Positions 25,559 through 35,786 of a stretch of 35,786 nucleotides of DNA are shown here, in pieces. Location of the stretch: the NCBI GenBank assembly GCA_010093705.1, contig MU006106.1, positions 585,086 through 620,871 of the forward strand, written 5' to 3'. The notes under the pieces were generated by a model. The model ran no database searches. It was not told where the DNA came from and worked only from the letters and a program-made list of their open reading frames with translations. The stretch is from Patellaria atrata CBS 101060. Taxonomy: Eukaryota. Every line of letters starts with the position of its first letter. Positions within the stretch are counted from its first letter, which is position 1. The translations under genes and the position numbers were made by a program.

Positions 25559-26279
25559 TCAACCGTACATATTTCTCGCGACTTGACTGCCCATGATAAA
25601 TGACCAAACGAAGAAGATGCATCCGATGATCCAGAAGGCGAATGCTGCCATCCATGATGAACCTAATCGATGCCCGTTAGTCTATCATCCCGTGCGTGTA
25701 TTTCGGATTAGGTGTGAAAACTTACAGATCCCATTCTGTTCCGAGTGTGCTAGGGTGAAGATGTTGACACCGGTCGACCCCTGCCTGGACACGTAAGTGT
25801 TGCAACTATTTGAGACGTTTCCCTCGCCGAAAAGCTGGACGGCGGTCTCGACGAGCCCGGTCATGAAGAAAACGAAGAGGATGAAGGACCATAGCATGAC
25901 CATGCTCGGTAGTAATCTTCGTTGGGCAATGAGGACGAGTTCCATGATAATGAGAATTATAGTTATGGCGCCAACCGTGACGCCAAATGGGAATAACCTG
26001 TGTGGGACGTATATTAGCTCCATGATATTTCTCTAGTTTGCTCTGACATCAACTTCTCAAAAGCTCAGGTGATCGAAGCAATATTTGAAATATATGGACT
26101 GGAACATACCATGGTATACCCAAGCGCATTCGGTTTTGGATCTGGATGAAATCTGCAAATATTCCTAGTTCCGTCCCAGCTGTAGCGAGCATAACGATAG
26201 TCCAAATATTCAGTTGGACATCAGGCCAGAAGTATTTTTCCCTAACCACAACGGCCTGTCCTACGACTGATCGAGCCAT
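25559..26279 (-). CDS. Small fungal multi-pass (about 4-TM, MARVEL-like) membrane protein; exons 26279-26110, 25997-25726, 25662-25559
   Basis: REKYFWPDVQLNIWTIVMLA...GIPW|LFPFGVTVGAITIILIIMELVL...RRLLPSMVMLWSFILFVFFMTGLVETAVQLFG...SNSC...IC|SSWMAAFAFWIIG; four hydrophobic segments; canonical GTATGT and GTAAGT introns keep the frame. Confidence 0.8.
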
Positions 26280-27865
26280 CTCTGAGGGATCTTTGTCTGA
26301 ACGATTGGAATAGACCACCAGATATGTTTAAACAAGGAATTATCCTGATTGAAAGTTGGGAACGATCTTGGAACCCTTCGTTGAAGTGGTCCTTAGGCCG
26401 GCTTGTTTGCTTGCCAATTTGGTGATTTGGTCCCCTAATTTGGTATGAAATGGTAGACACGGCTATTACTCTCGAATTCCTTCGTCTGTTGCTGCGCAAT
26501 TGGTTCTTGTTCTTTTAAATATCTTTTACACCTTCTGCGAAGGTATTTTCGGTCTCTTGCGACGTTAGGCACTATTCCAGTGCGGGATTTAGATTGACTA
26601 TGGGACGGACCGAGATCGCAACGGTAGAACACGCGTGAGGAGTTCGAAGACGTTCGAGTCAGAGCAAATGTATGGAGGTAGAGAATTGTAGAAGTGATAC
26701 GACTCAGCGAGAGAATGTTTGTGGAGAATTAAGGTACTGGCGAGTAAGAGATGGAAATAAGGAACATAATCAGTGTGAGCGCGTTTGCGACTTTGCGGAG
26801 GCTGGTTGCTTTGGCTGGGAAACGGACCGGGTGTGAGATTGGCCGCGGTCCGTCGCGGTAACTTTACCTTGAGAGGAGTGACGACATCATTGCACATTTC
26901 AACATTTGAAGTCGAAAATGCTCACCAAGAAGAACTAGAAACGTAAAACTATTTCTTAAGATTCTTACTCTAAACTATGATTAAATTTACCCAGTCTCTA
27001 CTCCGTACAATTTTTCTAGAATGAGCAATCTAGATCCAAGTCAAAGGTATGCCTAGCTTATATACATCGTATGAAGTTCATAGGTATACTAGTCCAAAAA
27101 GACATCGTATTGCCTTTGAATAGAAATACTATGTTTGGCGCACACGATAGGAAACTTCTGGTAAAAAGGCAGCTTAGGTCTGTTCGAGAGAGATTTGCCA
27201 TTTTGTGCCTTAATCAAGAGAACCAAGTAGGCAAACCTGAAGTACCTAAGGTGAGAATACGGTACGTCGAGAATTGATGCTACTACAAGACATGAAAATA
27301 GTGGAGGGGAGCGGATGCCGATTAGCAATTCTGAGAAAAGAACATGGCTGTCCAGTACTGGAAAATGCATCGTGTACAATCTACCTTACACTGTCAGGGT
27401 TCGCATATATCCCGCTGAACGGAGTCAACGATATCCCAAGGGTACGGTAGCTAAAGGAAGGTACCGTACCGATATTCGTACATATCAAAGCCCAGTGGTT
27501 CTGCTGTTAGGCGATAGGTATTGTATAGGTGCTTTTATCAAACTGAGAGTTGTTTACGTTACGAAAGTAAAGATCTCCGTTCGGGAGATCGACCTTGCTA
27601 AGGTACCCACCTGTACCTAATTTTAGTGGCGCCGCCACAGATACAAGTGCTGTACTGGATGTACCCCAAAGCTACCCCCGGCTGGTACCCGGGGCGGCGT
27701 GCATTCGGTATTAACCCCCCAAACGACACCCATCTGACTGCAGCACATTAAACTGTACTTATCCACCACCTGGAATACCTATACTCCTTTGCCATAGATA
27801 AACTCGGTCCTTCTTGAATTTTGAAGATAATGTAGTTACCCCGTGGTCAGCTCTGTACATTCACC

Positions 27866-29863
27866 ATGCCGGCCGAGATCATGGACAATATCACAATCGC
27901 CCCAAAATCTGCCTCACTGGCCTCACCCAAGCTCACCAAGGCAAAAGCTTCCACCACCACAATGCCCAGCTTGTCGCTATCCGTATCCTACGGCTGCGGT
28001 AGGTTTCTATGTCTCTGCAGCTGGTACCATATATTATTGTACTAATCCTTACGCAGAACACATACAAGAGATCTTCAAGCAACTTCGAAAAGTCTCCTTA
28101 CGAGAGTACGCCCTTATCCAGACCTCGATACACGACCGCCATAGCGTAATATCCCAGACATTACGGTCCCCTCAAGTCGCGTCGAGTGGTCGACCGGTAC
28201 CTTGCCTTACCCCTACATATCTGTGCCTTCAATGTCCAAGCGTGAATACACCAGAACAGAGAGATGATCATTGGAAATCGAAGAGCCATGCTTTCTGTAT
28301 GAAATCTCTGGCGAGAATGTTGTTTCTATACGCTGACACTATCAAGCTGTCGAGTCGAGATCTGGCTGCCTATGGTGCTCCAATTGCCAGGATTTCGTCT
28401 ACGATCCAGCCCTTGAAGAAATAAGGCTGCAGAAAGGTCACAATCCTACTATATTCCCAGCTACGCGCAATAGTCAAATACAACACGAACTGACCATCCC
28501 GTCCTTTAGGTCCTAAGAAACGTAAATATGATGATATAACGAGCAATGAAGACCCTCGCCTTGTCGCCGCTAACACGCAATTCGTCCCCTGTCGGGCCAT
28601 CGGATTACGGGGCCTCTATAACATGGGTCAGACGTGCTTTATGAGCGTAGTATTGCAAAGTCTGATACATAACCCTTTCATAAAAGCTTTCTACCTTGGC
28701 GAGGGTCACAAATCGAGCACCTGCGAGAGAGAGAAGGAGGGCTGTACAAGCTGTGCGCTGGATGAAATATTTACAGAGTTCCACTCCAAAGAGATAACAG
28801 AAGGGTACGGTGCTGTATACATGCTACTGGGAAGCTGGATGGGTGCGCAGGCTCTCGCAGGGTATCAACAACAAGATGCCCATGAATATATGCAATTCAT
28901 CCTCAACTCACTCCATCTCTCCAACGGAGGTGACTCGATCTCCTCGTCCAATTCGAACTCCAACCCCGAACAATGTACCTGTATCATCCACAAAACATTC
29001 TACGGCCAACTGCAATCCACAGTCACTTGCGACAAATGTCGTAACGTTACCAACACCTTCGACCCCTTCATCGACCTAAGTCTTGACCTCCGAAGTCAGG
29101 TGAAGAAAAGAAAGCTTGACGGCGAGCTTAAAGACAAAGACATTGCAATGGAGCTGAAAGAGTGTCTCGAGCGTTTTACAGGGAAGGAGAAACTAGCTGC
29201 AGCAGACTATACATGCCAGAGCTGCTCTAAGACGGCACAGAATGCGACTAAGCAACTTAGTATACGGCGGTTACCACCCGTCTTATCCATACATCTCAAG
29301 GTATGCTATATCTTGCCATATGGTTACTGTGCGACCTGATCACCTTTTCTATCTCATCGTCTCCTCACATCCAATGAATTTCTTCCACCTTCCATCTCTC
29401 CTTTCCATCTAATAATTCCTCAATCTGGTCGATTTCTTCCATTTGCTCATTCTTTCCATGCGGTCCACCTTTCCATGTCACATGATACCCATAACTAACA
29501 ACACCCACCCAGCGCTTCGAACACGCCAAAACCGCCACAAAGCTAAACACCAAACTCTCCTTCCCCATCCATCTCGACATGCACCCCTACACCACCGCCG
29601 TCCTCGCCCCTAAGCAAGTAGCTAAAGACCGCGCAATCCCCTCCCCGCATCCCCCGAGCACCACCTACGAGCTCTCCTCCGTCATAGTGCACAAAGGCAA
29701 CCTCGACAGCGGCCACTACGTCGGCTATTGCAAGGAAGGCGGCGATTGGTTCCTGTTCGACGATAGCAAGGTCGTTCTAGTCGAGGAGCGAGAGGTCCTC
29801 AAGGCGGATGCGTATTTACTCTTTTACGTCGTTAGGGAGTTTGACGGCGCGAGAGAACCTTGA
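27866..29863 (+). CDS. UBP8: Ubiquitin-specific protease Ubp8/USP22 (SAGA DUB module); exons 27866-27998, 28057-28296, 28347-28436, 28510-29300, 29513-29863
   Basis: zf-UBP-like GCEH...CLQC...H...SHAF...LWCSNCQDFVYDP; Cys box GLRGLYNMGQTCFMSVVLQSL; LAGYQQQDAHE; PPVLSIHLK|RFEH; His box YELSSVIVHKGNLDSGHY, WFLFDDSKV, AYLLFY. Confidence 0.9.
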
Positions 29864-30763
29864 TCTCAGTAACGTGGTATAGTCAGCGTTGTCCGCATGA
29901 ATGTTTTTTATATCCGTAATAGCTCGTAGATGGAGGTACAATGTAACGGGCCGGCGAAGCATGGCGACGGAGTTGGGGGTTACTGATTCTCTGTATTGTA
30001 CATCTGAAATCATGTCACTGGATAAATTCCAGATCCATGTACTGGTACGTCAAGAATCATATGCGTAAGATATCAAACCAAGGGTACATGATCCTTGGCT
30101 GAATAGTAGAACCAACGGTACATGTTCCTGGGCTGAATGATAGAACTAGTACTACATGATACTTGTCTGAAGAGACAATTGCCACATACGGCCATAGAAC
30201 ACGGAAAATAGGGAATCCCGTCCGTTCTGCCACGAAGGGTGACTCTGCTATATGTTGGTGTAAAAAGAATAAATACCTCTTTCAAGATCTTAAGTCCGTT
30301 AATTAGATTTTAGAAATCTCGAATGTAGTAAGGGCTCGATAACGCAGCTAAGCGCTTTAAACAGCGCCACTAATATACTAGAAAGGTAAACTCGTACTAA
30401 CTAGCTATTCCCTACCTCAGAACTTTTTTGTCACGGTTCGCAATTATCACGTGACTTCTTCATACACAGCCCCTTCTATCGTGGCTGGCATGGCTAGTAT
30501 CTTGGCAAGCAGTCAAGATCACACATCTGTACGTAGTTTAGCAACCTCCGTAGTAGAATTCTCGTTCAACTCCAACACTATCTATTAAGTATTTGTTCGA
30601 GCCCTGATATATATTTTTGATATAGGAATAATAGCACAATAGTGCTATTACTTTAGAATTAAAATTATCAAGTAAGTAGACAATAAAAAGAAAGTACTCT
30701 AAGATTCTATCTTAGAGGATGGAGTGCTACTCATCAGCTTAGAATAGAGCGGAACCCTACGTT

Positions 30764-31035
30764 TGTGACAATGTAGTATAGCTGTAGTAATCGTATTTTG
30801 ACTATCTCCATTACTAACTACTAAGTGTGGAGATTAAGTTAAGGAACAATAATATCGTGGGCCGAATACCCGCATATAATAGTCCCGCCTTGCCAAGCCT
30901 CGGCCCGACTATCTTCCGTTTAACCAATCAGCGCTCAGAGATCTTTTCCGCGTCCGACCCGGCAAAGATCTCTTGCAAACAAACCAAACACTCAGCATAG
31001 GAAATACGGGATTAGCATCGTGACACGTCGTCACA
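30764..31035. mobile_element. Solo LTR (272 bp) of an LTR retrotransposon
   Basis: Starts TGTGAC and ends GTCACA (TG...CA, 6-bp terminal inverted repeat); flanked by a perfect 5-bp direct repeat ACGTT (30759-30763 and 31036-31040). Confidence 0.8.
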
Positions 31036-31661
31036 ACGTTAGCCCTTTAGATGCCTGGTCTAATTATAGGCATCTAATAGCAGCTGCTGATCATTATGAA
31101 TAAATACACATATAAGGATATGGCTGGAGCGAGGCCAGCCGGCCTGCTACTAGCGTGTATAAATATTTAAGGATTTGTAAGCGTAAAGGATTACTAGTTC
31201 TATAACTAGAAGCTATAATGCTGACACTATTACCGCTTAGCTAGATAGACGTAGAACTATCCAATCCGCTTATAAATTAACTTTAAGTTTAACATGTGAT
31301 ATCATAATTTCAAATCAATTTATTCAAATCGATATAAATATAAGGCTAATATAGAAGGAGGTGAAAGCTATTTTATCTCAAGTAAAGTAATAGAACCTGA
31401 CCAATGGCCTAGTACAAGAAGATGATCCCAGAAACCAACTGCAGTTGCTCGAAATTCTAGAGGAAGCTAAATAAGCTTCTCTGTTTGACCATTACATACC
31501 CAATGTTGTTGAATGAAGAGACCAGCTAAACACACCTGCGGTGGTAAAAAGCTCAAACCAACAGGATCAAGACAAATCCTTCCTTGATCTGAATCTAGGT
31601 AAGATCCATTAGAAGAGAACTTAAGGTGGTGAATATCCTCATCTACACGGATGACATTTCG

Positions 31662-32690
31662 GCCCGCGCCCGTCTTCGAGTCCCAGAGCCTGACAGTGCC
31701 GTCGCCCGATGCCGATGCTACGACCTGGCCGTCCGGCGAGAACGTTACGGCGCTGACCCAGCCCGTGTGGCCCTCGAGCGTGCTGAGGCCCGCGCCCGTC
31801 TTCGAGTCCCAGAGNNNNNNNNNNNNNNNNNNNNNNNNNNNNNNNNNNNNNNNNNNNNNNNNNNNNNNNNNNNNNNNNNNNNNNNNNNNNNNNNNNNNNN
31901 NNNNNNNNNNNNNNNNNNNNNNNNNNNNNNNNNNNNNNNNNNNNNNNNNNNNNNNNNNNNNNNNNNNNNNNNNNNNNNNNNNNNNNNNNNNNNNNNNNNN
32001 NNNNNNNNNNNNNNNNNNNNNNNNNNNNNNNNNNNNNNNNNNNNNNNNNNNNNNNNNNNNNNNNNNNNNNNNNNNNNNNNNNNNNNNNNNNNNNNNNNNN
32101 NNNNNNNNNNNNNNNNNNNNNNNNNNNNNNNNNNNNNNNNNNNNNNNNNNNNNNNNNNNNNNNNNNNNNNNNNNNNNNNNNNNNNNNNNNNNNNNNNNNN
32201 NNNNNNNNNNNNNNNNNNNNNNNNNNNNNNNNNNNNNNNNNNNNNNNNNNNNNNNNNNNNNNNNNNNNNNNNNNNNNNNNNNNNNNNNNNNNNNNNNNNN
32301 NNNNNNNNNNNNNNNNNNNNNNNNNNNNNNNNNNNNNNNNNNNNNNNNNNNNNNNNNNNNNNNNNNNNNNNNNNNNNNNNNNNNNNNNNNNNNNNNNNNN
32401 NNNNNNNNNNNNNNNNNNNNNNNNNNNNNNNNNNNNNNNNNNNNNNNNNNNNNNNNNNNNNNNNNNNNNNNNNNNNNNNNNNNNNNNNNNNNNNNNNNNN
32501 NNNNNNNNNNNNNNNNNNNNNNNNNNNNNNNNNNNNTGACCCATTCCGTGTGGCCCTCGAGCGTGCTGAGGCCCGCGCCCGTCTTCGAGTCCCAGAGCCT
32601 GACGGTGCGGTCGCCCGATGCCGATGCTACGACCTGGCCGTCCGGCGAGAACGTTACGGCGCTGACCGAACTCGTGTGGCCCTCGAGCGT
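31662..32690 (-). repeat. Tandem array of near-identical 126-bp (42-aa) WD40 units, about 8 copies if the gap size is roughly right
   Basis: TLEGHTxxVSAVTFSPDGQVVASASGDxTVRLWDSKTGAGLS on both sides of the gap; period of 126 bp seen directly (31681 vs 31807); much higher GC than the flanking exon sequence. Confidence 0.88.
31815..32536. other. Assembly gap (722 N) inside the WD40 array
   Basis: Run of N flanked on both sides by the same repeat unit. Confidence 0.99.
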
Positions 32691-35266
32691 CTGTAATAAG
32701 GTGCTCCAATCATCCTTTACTTTAGGAAGCTTAGCGATCCAATTAGGAATATGACCTTTAAATATTTTTCTTATAATACTCTTCTCCGGCGCAAATATGA
32801 GTGCTGAAGAATATATTTGAAGAGGTGCGTCTTCAATTATCGACCGATTACTTAGAATAAATCGTTTCGTGTCATGTATAAATTGGGATAACACTGTGCT
32901 TACACTAATCTTAATTATCATTAGGTTACTAAAGAAGAATATGTGTCTAGATTATATATTTACCTCTAATAGTGATTGTAGAATATCTATCATTGAAATG
33001 CTTTCCGTAAGGTGTCCTATAAGACTTAAAGCTTCAAGCCAATAAAGTACGCGCTTTTGGAGAAAGATATGGACTTGATCATCGTCATAAAGCTGACTTT
33101 GGCTCTGCTCGAGATGGTAAACCCAGTAGCGACAAGTATATTGAATGTCTGGTGGTAGGCAACTGTCTATCACTTTGCTGTCAATCTCGATCTGTCGCGT
33201 TCCTGGCCTTTGTACGTTGCAAATATCCTGTTTGAGGTGCTGAGAATTCAACAATAACTGAAGGCACTTATCACTTAGCAACTTATGGGCTTTCCTCTCG
33301 TCTATCTAGAATGGACTCTTTCCATGTATCTTTGGATCTAGAAGAAAATCTCGAAAAGAAAGATGAAGTAACCTCACGGGAGCAGTGTCGCTGGCTGGAA
33401 TGTGAAGAATAGAGTGTAGCGGGTCTAATCTACAAGCAACCTCGTCCTTTGGGATGGTAAGTAGATTTGCAAGTGACAAGGTCGATAGTGGGCTGGTAAG
33501 AGTAATAATTACCCCGACTAACTCCTGAAATTCTTCTGCTAGAATCTTTATTTCCTCTTCTGTTTGGTCAATAATTAGCTGATCTAGGATCGGGAGATAC
33601 GTCTTGCTGAGCTTAGAAACCTGGTCGTTCGTTTAATATTGAAGTATAGTTGATAGACGTCTCTTAGGATTCCCTCTTGTGTCTCCAATAAACCTATATA
33701 TAGTAGCAGCGAAGATAAATAGAGGAGTTGCCATTTTGACTAGAGATTGAATGTTGTTATCGCCAGGCTAGTTAAGAGGCAGTGGACGCTCCTCCCTTAT
33801 TTTCTTCAGCTCATGATTGAAGTATACTAATATATCGTGCTCAACTATTACCTTAGGGATTTCATGAAGAACTAGATCTTGGTACGTGCCCCCTGACATT
33901 TTTTTGAAGCCGAGGCGGATCGGTAGCTCTGGCCGGCTTATTAGGAATATGCGTAGATGTACTGGTGATATATTTTTTAATTCGGATAGAAGATGAAGGA
34001 TAACCTTTATATCTTCTTCTCGATCACATTTATCTAGTGCGTCAACCACTAAAACTACTCTGGAAGCCTGTAGAGAGACTATCTTCGTCTTTAATAAGGG
34101 TTGAAAGATAAGCGTTTCGAACTGGTCCTTTAAAGTCTTTTTTGAGATGTTTGAGTCTGTGTTAATAACTTCCCTGATATGCTGGCTTAAGCCGGACACA
34201 CTGGATTCTAACTGGGTTGCGATAGTGGTAAAGAACCGAGTGGCATTTCCACGATCACCTTCACCTGTCTTGAAGAAGAAGCTGGCTCCAAGTTGCCCCT
34301 TGGCGAAAAAAGACTGTGCAACTGTGCGAGAAATAGTAGACTTCCCCGTCCCAGCCATGCCATTTAACCAGTATATACTTTTGCCATGTGTGTCTTCTGC
34401 CCAATCTGTAATTTGTTGAAGCAGCTCTATTCTAGTATTCGGAAGACACCTTGGGTCATGCTCGTCTATATACGAGTCAAAGGACGCTCCTTCGGCGGTT
34501 GGTAATCTAGCTAAGTCGATCTTCTGGTTGGTGAGATTAATAGTCTGATAGATATTGTGGGATTTCGTGTTAGCGAGACTCATGTTTTGATCGAACTTCC
34601 GTAAAAGGCCACTAGGTAAACGGATTATCAGCTACCCTCATATTTTTGAAGAGTCTGAAATAGTACTAACGTTTGGTCTACTTGTAGAGCCAAGGATATT
34701 GTCTGCTCGTATCTTTTTAAGCTACTGATTATCTTTTCTATCTGCTTGCTGGTAAAGGGCCATTTTAGGGCTCGCACTCTGAGTCGCCTCATAACCTTTC
34801 TCGTGTTCCCTAGCTTTAGTTGGTCTTCTAGCTTCTCTAGTTGTGAAAGACAGTCCTTTATGGAAAGGGATATCCTTTGGGACACCGAAAGTGTCGCACC
34901 ATCTGGGCCTTGAAGTAGCCGCTGGAGGTCTTTAAAAACATCCTTTATATGATCCACCTCCTCTTAGAGGCGTTCAATATCTTCCTTGGTATTTTTTACA
35001 GCCTGTGAATACTCAAAGCAAAGTGTGGTGACCTTCATAGACAAGTTAATCATAGCGATAACACTTGCTACTATCTCTAAACCTGCTATTATGTAAGCTC
35101 AGTTCAGGGAAGAGGATTAGAGTAGATAGCGAGAAGGTGAGAGCTGGGACTGAAGTGGGGTTCTGGTAGCCTATATCACTCTGAGTATATTTGTGAGAAT
35201 AGCGCTGATGATAAGAAGTATTCTAAAGGTCACTATAATAAACTAGTATAAAGGTATAAGCATCAG

Positions 35267-35612
35267 TGTCACAATAACCACCCCGCTAAAAACATTTATA
35301 TTGTTGTCCTATGCCGAGCCTAGAGTTATTAGGCTACGACCTACTTCAGCTGCGACCCTTTTAGCTATGACTTACTTCGGCTGCGGCCTAATACATTCCG
35401 CCCTCTACCACTTTATATATTAACTGAATAGTGGTAATTTAACTATTACTTTGTCTAAGTCTTATAGTTACGCTACACATTTAATAGTCAGCTATAGACG
35501 ACTTAGATATATTAGTCGGGGCCCTTATAAAAAGAGTTATTATTAAGCTCGGAGTACTCTTTCTCTTTTTCTTTTTTTTTGGGGGGGTTAGGAGCGGGGG
35601 CATATCATGACA
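35267..35612. mobile_element. Probable degenerate solo LTR (346 bp)
   Basis: Begins TGTCA and ends TGACA; the flanks ATCAG and ATTGG each differ from ATCGG by one transition; TpA-rich interior. Confidence 0.5.
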
Positions 35613-35628
35613 ATTGGTTATTGGGGGA

Positions 35629-35786
35629 TGTGACGATGTCACAGATTATCATTTCCTACTTTCCCTTATTAGTAGTAGTCGCGCCGAGGTTCTACCGCTA
35701 CGTGCTTGATACTAGTAGATCGCGCGACTATAACTTCTTCTTTCCTTAACTTAATCTCTTTACACTGTAGTTAGGTTATACTAGTT
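35629..35786 (+). mobile_element. LTR-like sequence running off the window end
   Basis: Starts TGTGACGATGTCACAGAT...ATTTCCTA, resembling the reverse complement of the right end of the 30764-31035 LTR (TGTGACGACGTGTCACGAT...ATTTCCTA); preceded by purine-rich GGGGGA. Confidence 0.45.

Larger units (their letters stand above)
31368..35089 (-). pseudogene. RIP-inactivated NLR/STAND pseudogene: SesA/HeLo-like-N N-terminal domain + NACHT + WD40 repeats (HET-E-like)
   Basis: Walker A WLNGMAGTGKSTIS; LGASFFF; degenerate Walker B VVDALDKC; SRPE; PVRLLHLSFRDFL; YTCRYWVYHL; LYWLEALSL; APLQIYSSALIFAPEKS; WD40 units. Introns 34670-34612 and 32963-32910. Presumed start is ATA (35089); in-frame stops at 34964, 33768, 33633, 33306 and 31467. 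Confidence 0.9.

Noticed and set aside
30429..30609. Additional LTR starting TGTCACGG
   Set aside because: No matching ...CA end with a target-site duplication could be found; may be a degraded relic but is unsupported.
31662..32690. CRISPR-like interpretation of the repeat
   Set aside because: Eukaryotic coding tandem repeat with no spacers and no cas genes.
31626..32754. Long overlapping ORFs of 356-367 aa in the ORF track
   Set aside because: Artefacts of the N gap and of alternative frames of the GC-rich WD40 repeat.
34500..34612. Amyloid signalling motif between the NLR N-terminal domain and NACHT
   Set aside because: The linker looks helical; no HRAM, PP/RHIM-like or sigma pattern, and no adjacent effector gene in the window.

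Overview
Eukaryotic DNA from a filamentous ascomycete (Pezizomycotina; short GT-AG introns with CTRAC/CTAAT-type branch sites). Bases 1 to about 30,000 are gene-dense, with 11 intron-containing genes: a Sec7-PH Arf-GEF, a PP28/PDAP1-like protein, a type II haloacid dehalogenase, a YisB-like HNH protein, a Spt10-like acetyltransferase, TSR3, a GGA clathrin adaptor, a Zn-metallopeptidase/jacalin protein, a Whi5-domain protein, a small membrane protein and UBP8. After UBP8 the sequence becomes AT/TpA-rich. This part holds a solo LTR with a perfect 5-bp target-site duplication, two further LTR-like relics, and a RIP-inactivated NLR-type immune receptor pseudogene (N-terminal helical domain, NACHT, WD40). 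Its GC-rich, near-identical 126-bp WD40 array spans an assembly gap and looks undamaged while the rest of the gene is heavily mutated. Other leads are a long, strongly self-complementary last intron in the GGA gene (candidate intronic ncRNA) and an orphan MCB-like motif cluster between two convergent genes. All gene models were derived by eye; no database searches or folding programs were run.
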